Positions 46,005 to 54,138 of a stretch of DNA of 64,000 bases are shown here, one piece after another. Each line of letters opens with the position of its first letter. Positions within the stretch are counted from its first letter, which is position 1. The stretch comes from Candidatus Limnocylindria bacterium (GTDB taxonomy: Bacteria > Methylomirabilota > Methylomirabilia > Rokubacteriales > CSP1-6), in contig DATLFG010000064.1 of the NCBI GenBank assembly GCA_035524955.1, positions 2,309 to 66,308 of the forward strand, given 5' to 3'. The notes beneath the pieces are model-generated. The model was not told where the DNA came from. It saw nothing but the letters and a program-made list of their open reading frames with translations, and ran no database searches. Position numbers and translations under genes: made by a program.

Positions 46005-48223
46005 AGATCGAGCGCTGGAAGCTCGGGCTGGGCGTGCTGCTCGCCCTCGCACTGCTCGCGCTCTCGGTGCCGTGGGGCGCCGACCTGGGCTGGGCCTATC
46101 TGGCCGACCGGCAGTACGAGCTGGCGCGCGAGATGTTCACCGAGGCGCTGCGCGGCGAGCCCACCGACGCCAATCTCTGGCTGGGACTGGCCGCGACCTA
46201 CGAGGCGCTCGGCGATCCCGACCGGCAGGTCGCGACGCTCGAGGACGCAGCGCGCCGCCTGCCGCGCCGGCGCGACCTGCTGGTGAATCTGGCCGACGCC
46301 TACCAGGCCAACCGGGACCCCGCCGCGGCCGCGGCGGTGATCGAGCGGCTCACCGCGACCCCGGGCCCGGACGACGCGCCGCTGCTCGAGCGCCTGCTCA
46401 CCGCGTACCTGTGGAAGGGCGATTACGAGCGTCAGCTCGCGGTGCTGCGCAAGCTGCTCGCGCTCAGCCCGACCGATCCGGCGGTCGTGCTGGAGCTGGC
46501 CACCGTCGCGCGGAGCCTGAACCGGCAGGACGAGGCGGTGACGGTGCTGGAAGCCTACGTCCGGCGGCGGCCCGGTGACCCGGAGGGCCGGCGCTGGCTC
46601 GCCCAGATTTACGACTCACTCGGGCAGGGGGATCGCGCGATCGAGCACTGGAAGGTCCTGGCACGCGTCGCGCCGGACGATGTCGAAGCCCGCGACCGCC
46701 TGCTCCCGGCGCCCGGCGGCGCGCCGCGCGTGGAAGAGATCGCCCTGCTCGAGCGCCAGCGCGCGGCGGATCCGCGCGACGAAGCGGCACGCCGCCGCCT
46801 GGTGGACCTCTACCGCGCGGCCGGCGACGGCCCCCGCGCGATCCGCGCGCAGCAGGAGCTGGCCGCGCTGCGCCCCCGCGATCACGACGCGCTCGCCCGG
46901 CTGGGCCGCCTGCTCGTCGAGCAGGATCGCGGGCCCGAGGCGATCGTCGCGTACGAGCGGGCGGTCGAGATCGCGCCCGAGCGGCTCGACACCGCGCTGG
47001 CCCTGGCCCAGCTCTACGAGTGGGGGGACGAGCCGCGCCGCGCGCTGGCCTTGCTCGACCGCGTCGCGAGGGCGCGCCCCGCGGATCGCGCGCTACAGGA
47101 GCGGGTGGCCGCGCTCGCCCAGGGAAGCGACGACCTCCGGGCCACGCTGGCGGCGCTGGACCGGCTCGCCGCGCTCGCCCCGCTGGACGGGCGCCACGCC
47201 CGGCAGGCGGTGGACGCGCTGGTCGCCGCGAACCGCCTGCCCGAGGCGATCGCGCGTCAGCGCCGGATCGCCGAGCAGCACCCGGGGGCGCCTGGCCCCG
47301 CGCTGAGGCTCGCGCAGCTCCACGAGTGGAACAATCAGGAGCGCGAGGCCATCGCGGTGTACGAAGGGCTCGACCGCGCGGGCGCGCTGCCCGGGTCCTC
47401 GCTCGGCCGGCTCGCCGAGCTCTATCGATTCCAGGATCGCCCCGCGGATTTCCTGCGGGTGGCCGACCGACTCCTCGCGCGCCGGCCGGACGACTGGGCG
47501 CTCCGCGACGCGGCCGCCCAGACCGCCGAGGGGCTCGGGCGGCCCGGGGACGCGGTGCGCCTGCTAGAGCCCGTGGTGGAGCGGCGACCCCTCGACGAGG
47601 CCTTCGTGCTCCGCTACCTGGCGCTCACCGCGCAGGCCGGGCGCGCGGACGACGGGCTCCGCGTGCACCGGCGCTTCGCGGCCGGGGCGGGCGCGGCCTA
47701 CCGGGCGAAGGCGGGGCGGATCCTGATGGATCTCGGCAAGTATCCGGACGCGGTCGCGGAGTACGAGGCGGTGCTCGCGGCGGCCCCGGGCGCCGGCGAC
47801 GACGCGGTGGCCGCGCGCCTGGCCCTGGCTCAGCTCCACGACTGGACGGGCGCGGCCCAGCCCGCGCTCCGGCAGTGGGAGAGTCTCATGCGCGCCCGCC
47901 CGGGCGATCCGCGGGTGCTCCGCGAGGTGGGCCGGCGCAGCCTCGCGCTGTCGCGCCACGACGTGGCCCTGCGCGCCTACCGCTCGCTGCTCGCGGTCGA
48001 GCCCGACGACGCGGAGGCGCTCAAGCGGGCCGGGCAGCTCATGGCCTGGAGCCAGGACGCGCGCGGGGCGCGGGTCGCGCTCGAGCGCTTCAACCGCGTG
48101 AAGGGTGGGGACTACGAAGTCCACTACCTCCTGGGCGAGCTCTACTCCGCCGATCGGGACGAGGAGCGCGCGCGCCTCGAGTACGAGCGCGCGCTCCGGC
48201 TCCTGCCCGCTCGCCCCCGCTGA
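46001..48223 (+). CDS. pelB: PelB-like TPR scaffold protein (N-terminal part)
   Basis: GTGA overlap. N-terminal TM, then TPR repeats over about 700 aa. Confidence 0.75.
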   Translation: MKIERWKLGLGVLLALALLALSVPWGADLGWAYLADRQYELAREMFTEALRGEPTDANLWLGLAATYEALGDPDRQVATLEDAARRLPRRRDLLVNLADAYQANRDPAAAAAVIERLTATPGPDDAPLLERLLTAYLWKGDYERQLAVLRKLLALSPTDPAVVLELATVARSLNRQDEAVTVLEAYVRRRPGDPEGRRWLAQIYDSLGQGDRAIEHWKVLARVAPDDVEARDRLLPAPGGAPRVEEIALLERQRAADPRDEAARRRLVDLYRAAGDGPRAIRAQQELAALRPRDHDALARLGRLLVEQDRGPEAIVAYERAVEIAPERLDTALALAQLYEWGDEPRRALALLDRVARARPADRALQERVAALAQGSDDLRATLAALDRLAALAPLDGRHARQAVDALVAANRLPEAIARQRRIAEQHPGAPGPALRLAQLHEWNNQEREAIAVYEGLDRAGALPGSSLGRLAELYRFQDRPADFLRVADRLLARRPDDWALRDAAAQTAEGLGRPGDAVRLLEPVVERRPLDEAFVLRYLALTAQAGRADDGLRVHRRFAAGAGAAYRAKAGRILMDLGKYPDAVAEYEAVLAAAPGAGDDAVAARLALAQLHDWTGAAQPALRQWESLMRARPGDPRVLREVGRRSLALSRHDVALRAYRSLLAVEPDDAEALKRAGQLMAWSQDARGARVALERFNRVKGGDYEVHYLLGELYSADRDEERARLEYERALRLLPARPR

Positions 48224-48270
48224 CCGCCTCCTCCCTTGAACGCGGCGGACGTCGCCACCATACTCGCTCG

Positions 48271-49743
48271 ATGACCCGGCTTCGCCGCGCCCGCGGGATC
48301 GGATTCCTCCTGGGAGTGTGCCTGGGCTCGAGCCTGGCCAGCCCGCTCATGCCGGCGCGCGCGCAGACGCCGCCCGACGCTTCCGAGGCGCCCGAGGTCG
48401 CGGACCCGCTCGAGGCGGAGATGGTGCGGGCGCGCATCCTGGCCCGGCTCGGCCTGTTCGCGGAGGCGCTCGCGGCCTACCGCGCGCTGCTCGAGCGCCA
48501 CCGGGACCACCGCGCACTCCGTGAAGACTACGCGGAGGTGCTCGTGGACGCGGGGCAGCTCGAGCAGGCGGCCCCCGTGGTGGATCGGTACCTGGCCGAT
48601 GATCCCACGTCGGCGCGGTTGCGCCGGCTGCGGGCCCGGATCGACATGGCCCGGGGCGCGCCCGCCGAGGCGGGCCGCCGGCTCGAGGCGCTCGCGCGCG
48701 AGCAGCCGGAGGACGCCGGGATCGCCGCGGATCTGGCCGCGGCCGAGCTCGGCGCGGGCCGGTGGAGCCGGGCGTTCGACCTCTACGCGCGGCTGCTCGA
48801 CGCGGATCCGGAGAACCGTGAGGCCCTGGCCGCCCACCGCGAGATCCTCCTGGGCCACGCTCCGCGCGTCGAGCTGATGCATTCCACGCTGCTCCAGGCC
48901 GCGGCCACGCATCACGTGGAGGAGGCGGCGTGGCGCGGCTGGCTGGCCGACCGCTGGTGGCTGCGGGTGGGTGGCCGCCACGGCAGCTACATCCAGGATC
49001 GTGTGGTGGGCCGGTCCGCGTTCAGCGAGGAGGTGTGGACCGCGCTCGCCACGGTCGGGTTCCAGCCTACGCGCGCGATCACGCTCTGGGCCGGGCTCGA
49101 GGAGTCGCGGCGTCGCGAGGACATCTACCGCACCACCGCGCGGCTCGGCGGGGCCTGGGACGACGCGAAGGCCACCGGCGTGACGCTGGACGTGGCCATC
49201 CGCGAGCTGCTCACCAATCCGGTGGCCGCGCTGCCGCGGAACGGCACGACCGACCGGGTGACGGTGGACGTGGCGCGCCGCGTCCTGGTCCCGGTGGTGC
49301 TGGGCGCGCACTACGCCTTCCGGCACTACCGCGTCTCCGGGGAGGATCTGGGGGACCGCTGGGAGGCGGCGGGGCGGGCGGAGCTCGAGCTCGTGCGCAG
49401 CCGCGTGCAGGTCACGCTGATCCCGCAGGTATTTTTTTCCCGGTACACCGCGACCGCGGGCGGCGCCCTGCGCGAGGCCGTCTCGTTCCTCAAGCGCGAA
49501 GACGTGCTGGGCATCGGGAGCGTGGTGGGCTGGGACGTCACGCCCACGCTGCGCCTGCAGGCCGGCGCGGTGGGGCGGCGCGACCTGTTTCGCGCGCTCA
49601 CCTCGTGGGAGGTCAACGGGGAAGGGCGGTGGCGAATTCGCCCCTGGCTGGAGGGACGCGTGCTCTATACTCGCAACACCGAGTCCACCGGGGTGGGCGG
49701 CCAGGAGGAATTCTTCCTGGGCCGCCTCGACATCCTGTACTGA
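48271..49743 (+). CDS. pelB: PelB-like TPR + outer-membrane beta-barrel porin (C-terminal part)
   Basis: Signal peptide ...LMPARAQ. About 200 aa of TPR, then alternating-hydrophobic beta-strand sequence. The C-terminus, FFLGRLDILY, ends in an aromatic residue. Confidence 0.7.
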   Translation: MTRLRRARGIGFLLGVCLGSSLASPLMPARAQTPPDASEAPEVADPLEAEMVRARILARLGLFAEALAAYRALLERHRDHRALREDYAEVLVDAGQLEQAAPVVDRYLADDPTSARLRRLRARIDMARGAPAEAGRRLEALAREQPEDAGIAADLAAAELGAGRWSRAFDLYARLLDADPENREALAAHREILLGHAPRVELMHSTLLQAAATHHVEEAAWRGWLADRWWLRVGGRHGSYIQDRVVGRSAFSEEVWTALATVGFQPTRAITLWAGLEESRRREDIYRTTARLGGAWDDAKATGVTLDVAIRELLTNPVAALPRNGTTDRVTVDVARRVLVPVVLGAHYAFRHYRVSGEDLGDRWEAAGRAELELVRSRVQVTLIPQVFFSRYTATAGGALREAVSFLKREDVLGIGSVVGWDVTPTLRLQAGAVGRRDLFRALTSWEVNGEGRWRIRPWLEGRVLYTRNTESTGVGGQEEFFLGRLDILY

Positions 49744-50312
49744 TGAGACCGATATCGCGGAACATCCTGCTGCTGGCGGTCGCGGCGCTGATCGCGTCCG
49801 GCTGCGCGAGCGCGGTGCAGGAGTGGGTGAAGCCCGGCGCCGGCCGCGTCGACCGCGTCGCGGTGCTGCCCTTCGAGAACCAGACCACCGCGCTGCGCGC
49901 CGGCCAGTCCGCCGCCGATCTCCTCGTCACCGAGCTGCTCGCCACCGGCGCGGTCGCGGTGATGGACCCGAGCGAGGCTGCCGATCTCCTCCGCCGCGAG
50001 AACCTGGATCCGGCCGACGCGGGCCGCCTGCCGTCCGCGCAGCGGATCGGCCGGCTCCTGCAGGTGAGCCACGTGCTGCAGGGCTCGGTGACCGAGTACC
50101 GCTACAAGCCCGGTCTGTCCGAGACGCCCGCGGTCGGCGTCACCGCGCGGCTCGTGGAGGTGACCTCCGGCGACGTGGTGTGGAGCGCGAGCCACGCCCG
50201 CCTCGGCTCCTCGTGGATCCGCGAGGACGGGCTCGCGCGCGTGGCGCAGCAGGTGGCCCGGGACATGGCCGCCCATCTGACGGGCGCCCTGGGCGACGCG
50301 CGGGCGCGGTAA
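49743..50312 (+). CDS. pelC: PelC-like outer-membrane lipoprotein
   Basis: Lipobox LIASGC. 189 aa. The start overlaps the preceding stop (TGATG). Confidence 0.75.
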   Translation: MRPISRNILLLAVAALIASGCASAVQEWVKPGAGRVDRVAVLPFENQTTALRAGQSAADLLVTELLATGAVAVMDPSEAADLLRRENLDPADAGRLPSAQRIGRLLQVSHVLQGSVTEYRYKPGLSETPAVGVTARLVEVTSGDVVWSASHARLGSSWIREDGLARVAQQVARDMAAHLTGALGDARAR

Positions 50313-50319
50313 GCGCCGG

Positions 50320-51672
50320 GTGCTCGCCACACTCCGCCGCGACCGGTCCTACCTGCTCGAGCTGGGCGGCGGGCTTCTCGTGCTCGCGGTGGTCAACCTG
50401 CTGCTGCGGCCGAAGGATCCCGGCTTCCTCGCGGTGCAGCCGAACCCGGCCCTGCTCCTCGTCGCGGTGGTGGCCTGCCGCCACGGGCTTCGCGCGGGTC
50501 TCGTGAGCGGGCTCGTCACCGCGGCGCTGGTCACCGCGGGCATCCTGGCGCGTCTCGAGTACCTGACCTGGAGCGAGCTGCGCACGCTCGCGCACTACGT
50601 GACGCCGCTGCTGCTGATCGGCACCGGCTTCGGGCTGGGCGCGCAGCGGGAGTCGCTCCGGCGCGCTACGCTCACCCTGGAGCGCCGCGTCGAGGCGCTC
50701 GAGCACGAGCTGGCCGAGCAGGCGGTGCGCTTCATGGCCGCGACCGAGGCCAAGCACGAGCTGGAGCGGCGGGTGGCCGACGAGCGCGCGTCGCTCTCGA
50801 GCCTCTACACCGCGGCGCGCGCGCTGGAGACCCTCGACGCGGAGCGCCTCTATCCCGCCGTCGCGCTCACCGCGCGCCGCTTCCTGGAGGCCGACGCCTG
50901 CCAGTGCTACGTGCTCGAGGGCGAGCTGCTGCGTCTGCGCGCCGCGGAGGGGCCGGCCCCCGAGCGGGCGGAGATCCCGCCCGACGAGGGCCTGGTGGGC
51001 CTGGCGATCCGCCTCGGGCGTCCGGTCAGCGTGCGCGACGCGACCGTGATCGGCTCGCTCGACGATCTCCACACCGCGAGCCTGCTGATGGCGGCCCCGC
51101 TGCTGGGCCCCCAGGGCACGCTGCTCGGCTGCGTCACGGTGACGTCGCTGCCGTTCCTGCGCCTCACCGCCGCCTCGCTCGACCGCCTGGGCCTGGTCGC
51201 GGACTGGGGCGCGCGGGCCCTCGCGAACGCGCGGACGCACCAGGAGACGCGGGCGCGAACCATCGAGGACGATCTGGTGGGCGCCTACACCTACGCGTAC
51301 TACCAGCGCCGGCTCCACGAGGAGGAGATGCGCGCGGACCGCTACGGCCGCCCGCTCGCGGTGGTGATCTTCCGCATCCTGCGCTTCGGGGCGGTGGCGC
51401 CCGCTCGCCGCATCGAGCTGGGGCGCGTGCTGTCGCTCGTGTTCTCGCGCACCCTCCGGGACGTGGACATCGTGTGCCGGTACGCCACCGAGGACGCCTT
51501 CGCGATCGTCCTGCCGGAAACCTCGCCCGCGCACGCCGAGGTCGTCGTGGCGCGTCTCTCGCGCGAGATCGGGAACTTCCACTTCGCCCCCTACGGGGAC
51601 GAGACGCAGGATCTCGAGTTCTCGGCCCGTGTCCTCGCGGTGCGGGAGCGGCCCGGAGGAGTGACGTCCTGA
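50320..51672 (+). CDS. pelD: PelD-like c-di-GMP receptor (TM + GAF + degenerate GGDEF)
   Basis: Four N-terminal TM segments, coiled coil and GAF. GGDEF-like domain with RDVD (RxxD) followed by RYATEDAF in place of GGDEF. Confidence 0.8.
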   Translation: MLATLRRDRSYLLELGGGLLVLAVVNLLLRPKDPGFLAVQPNPALLLVAVVACRHGLRAGLVSGLVTAALVTAGILARLEYLTWSELRTLAHYVTPLLLIGTGFGLGAQRESLRRATLTLERRVEALEHELAEQAVRFMAATEAKHELERRVADERASLSSLYTAARALETLDAERLYPAVALTARRFLEADACQCYVLEGELLRLRAAEGPAPERAEIPPDEGLVGLAIRLGRPVSVRDATVIGSLDDLHTASLLMAAPLLGPQGTLLGCVTVTSLPFLRLTAASLDRLGLVADWGARALANARTHQETRARTIEDDLVGAYTYAYYQRRLHEEEMRADRYGRPLAVVIFRILRFGAVAPARRIELGRVLSLVFSRTLRDVDIVCRYATEDAFAIVLPETSPAHAEVVVARLSREIGNFHFAPYGDETQDLEFSARVLAVRERPGGVTS

Positions 51673-52634
51673 TCGCCGCGCTGCCCGCGGGCTGGCTCGC
51701 GGAGGCGATCGCGCTGGCGATCACGCTCGCGGGCCCTCGGTGGTGGCCGCTGGCCCTGCTCGCGCACGGGGCCGCCGCGTGGCTCGCCGGCCGCGCCCTG
51801 GGCGACGGGCGGCGCGACGCCCGGTTCCTCGCCACCGCGCTCGTGCTCTCGCTGCCCGGCCTCGGCCTGGTCGGCCTCAGCGCGATTCGCGCCTGGCGCA
51901 GGCGCGCGGCGCCGGCCGGGATGTATGCGGGCACGCACTCGGAGATGGCGGGCTTGCCCGGTCCGGGGCAGACGCCCGAGCCGGTGGACCGTGTCCTCGA
52001 CTGGCTGCAGGCGCAGGTCTCGGTGCAGCCGATGGCGGACCTCATCCGCGCCGCCGACCCGCGCACCCAGCGCTGGGGCGTGGGGCTTCTCGCCAAGCGC
52101 GGCGACCGGGCCGCGGTGGAGCTGCTGCGCGAGGCCCTGCGCTCGGTCGATCGCGACACCCAGATCGCCGCCTCGGGCGCGCTGCAGCGGGTGGAGGAGC
52201 GGCTGGTGGCTCGGATCGCGCAGGCGCAGGAGCACCTGCGGCTCGATCCGGACTCGCCCGAGCGCCTCGTGGCGGTGGGCGATGCGTGCGTGGCCTATCA
52301 GGGGAGCGGGCTCCTGGAGGCGGCGATGGGCCGCCACTGGCTCGGCGAGGCAGAAGCCGCGTACCGGGCGGCCTGCGCGCGCCGACCGGACTGGCCCGCA
52401 CCGGCCGCGGCACTGGCCCGGGTGCGGTTGGCGCAGGGCGATGTGGCGGAGGCGGAGACGCTGGCGCGGGCGGCGCGCGCGGTCGCGCCGTCCACCGCGG
52501 CGGACCTGCTGCTCTCGGAGATCTTCTTCGCGCAGCGCCGGTGGGGCGACCTGCGGGCGCTATCGCAGGACGCGGTGGCTGCCGGGCGCGCTGACGACAC
52601 GCTGCGCTGGTGGGCGGAGGAGCCGGCGGCGTGA
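51669..52634 (+). CDS. pelE: PelE-like inner-membrane TPR protein
   Basis: Two TM segments (LIAALPAGWLAEAIALAITLAG..., FLATALVLSLPGLGLVGLSAI), then HEAT/TPR-like helices. No ATG or GTG is available. CTG at 51669 overlaps the pelD TGA and has GGAGGA 8 nt upstream. Confidence 0.65.
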   Translation: MIAALPAGWLAEAIALAITLAGPRWWPLALLAHGAAAWLAGRALGDGRRDARFLATALVLSLPGLGLVGLSAIRAWRRRAAPAGMYAGTHSEMAGLPGPGQTPEPVDRVLDWLQAQVSVQPMADLIRAADPRTQRWGVGLLAKRGDRAAVELLREALRSVDRDTQIAASGALQRVEERLVARIAQAQEHLRLDPDSPERLVAVGDACVAYQGSGLLEAAMGRHWLGEAEAAYRAACARRPDWPAPAAALARVRLAQGDVAEAETLARAARAVAPSTAADLLLSEIFFAQRRWGDLRALSQDAVAAGRADDTLRWWAEEPAA

Positions 52635-54133
52635 GCGCGCCGCCGCCCGCCGACGTCTGCCTGATCCTCGAGGGCACGTATCCCTACGTGACGGGCGGGG
52701 TGTCGGCGTGGATCCACCAGCTCGTCAACGCGCTGCCCGAGCTGCGCTTCGCGATCTTCCACATCTCGGCGACGAGCGGCGAGACGCACGAGCCTCGCTA
52801 CACGCTGCCGCCCAACGTGGTGAGCCTGGTGGACGTGGGCATCCACGGCGGCGACGAGCCGTCGGGCAAGGGCCACCACGCGATGGACCCCGCCTCCTGG
52901 GAGACGATCTGGCGGTACCACGAGGAGCTCAAGGACGGCCGGGTCGACGGGCTGGGCGATCTCCTCCGGGACATCTCGCCGCACCAGGGCGCCGGCCCGT
53001 CGGTCCACGACTACATCTACGGGAAGCCGTCGTGGGAGATCGTGCGGCGCCTCTACGACAGCCGGGCCTCACACATCTCGTTTCTCGACTACTTCTGGAC
53101 GTGGCGGTTCACCCACCTGCCGATGTTCCGGTTGCTCCACGCGCCGGTGCCGGAGGCCGCCCTGTACCACACCGTCTCCACCGGGTGGGCCGGGCTGGTG
53201 GCCGCGACCCAGCGGGTCCGGCGCGACCGACCGATGCTGCTGACCGAGCACGGCATCTACTCGCGCGAGCGGCGCATGGAGATCGACCAGGCCGAGTGGA
53301 TCTACGTGCAGCGTCAGGCGCCCATGACGCTGCCGGCCGGGCCGGGCTTCTTCAAGGAGCTGTGGACCCGGCTCTTCGAGCATCTCTCCCGCCTGACCTA
53401 CGCCCACGCCGACCGGATCGTCACGATCTTCGAGGGCAACCGCCAGGCCCAGATCCGCGACGGGGCGGACCCGGCCAAGACGCTGGTGGTGCCGAACGGC
53501 ATCAACATGGAGCCGCTCGCCGCGCTGCCGCGCCTGGCGGCGGCGGCGGGGGAGTTCCGCATCGGGTTCGTGGGACGCGTGGTGCCGATCAAGGACGTGA
53601 AGACGTTCATCCGTGCGGTCCGGATCGTGAGCGCGGCGCTGCCGGGCGCGCGCGCGATCATCGCGGGGCCGGGCGACGAGGACCCGCGCTACCTCGACGA
53701 GTGCCGCGTGCTGGCCGCGACCCTCGGGGTGGCCGAGCGCGTGGAGTTCACCGGCCGGGTTGACGTCAAGCAGATCTACCCGCGCATCGACGTGCTCGTG
53801 CTCACCAGCATCTCCGAGGGGCTGCCCCTGGTGATCCTGGAGGCGGCCGCCGCCGGCATCCCGGTGGTCTCCACCGACGTGGGGGCCTGCCGCGAGCTCC
53901 TCGAGGGCAGCCAGCCCGCGGACCGGGCGCTGGGGGCGAGCGGCCTCGTGACCGGTCTCGCCGACCCGGGCGCGACCGCGCAGGCGATCCTGAGCCTGGC
54001 CCGCGACCCGGGGATGCGCGAGGAGATGGGCCGGGCCGCGCGGAACCGGGTCCGCGCCCACTACCAGGAGTCCGACCTGGTCCGGCGCTACCGGGAGATC
54101 TACACGGACATGATCGGGCCGCGGGAGCGGTAG
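52631..54133 (+). CDS. pelF: PelF glycosyltransferase (DUF3492 + GT4)
   Basis: GTGA overlap. CLILEGTYPYVTGGVSAWIHQLV N-terminus is typical of PelF. The GT4 C-terminal half includes the E(x7)E-like region SISEGLPLVILEAAAAG. Confidence 0.9.
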   Translation: MSAPPPADVCLILEGTYPYVTGGVSAWIHQLVNALPELRFAIFHISATSGETHEPRYTLPPNVVSLVDVGIHGGDEPSGKGHHAMDPASWETIWRYHEELKDGRVDGLGDLLRDISPHQGAGPSVHDYIYGKPSWEIVRRLYDSRASHISFLDYFWTWRFTHLPMFRLLHAPVPEAALYHTVSTGWAGLVAATQRVRRDRPMLLTEHGIYSRERRMEIDQAEWIYVQRQAPMTLPAGPGFFKELWTRLFEHLSRLTYAHADRIVTIFEGNRQAQIRDGADPAKTLVVPNGINMEPLAALPRLAAAAGEFRIGFVGRVVPIKDVKTFIRAVRIVSAALPGARAIIAGPGDEDPRYLDECRVLAATLGVAERVEFTGRVDVKQIYPRIDVLVLTSISEGLPLVILEAAAAGIPVVSTDVGACRELLEGSQPADRALGASGLVTGLADPGATAQAILSLARDPGMREEMGRAARNRVRAHYQESDLVRRYREIYTDMIGPRER

Positions 54134-54138
54134 GGGCG

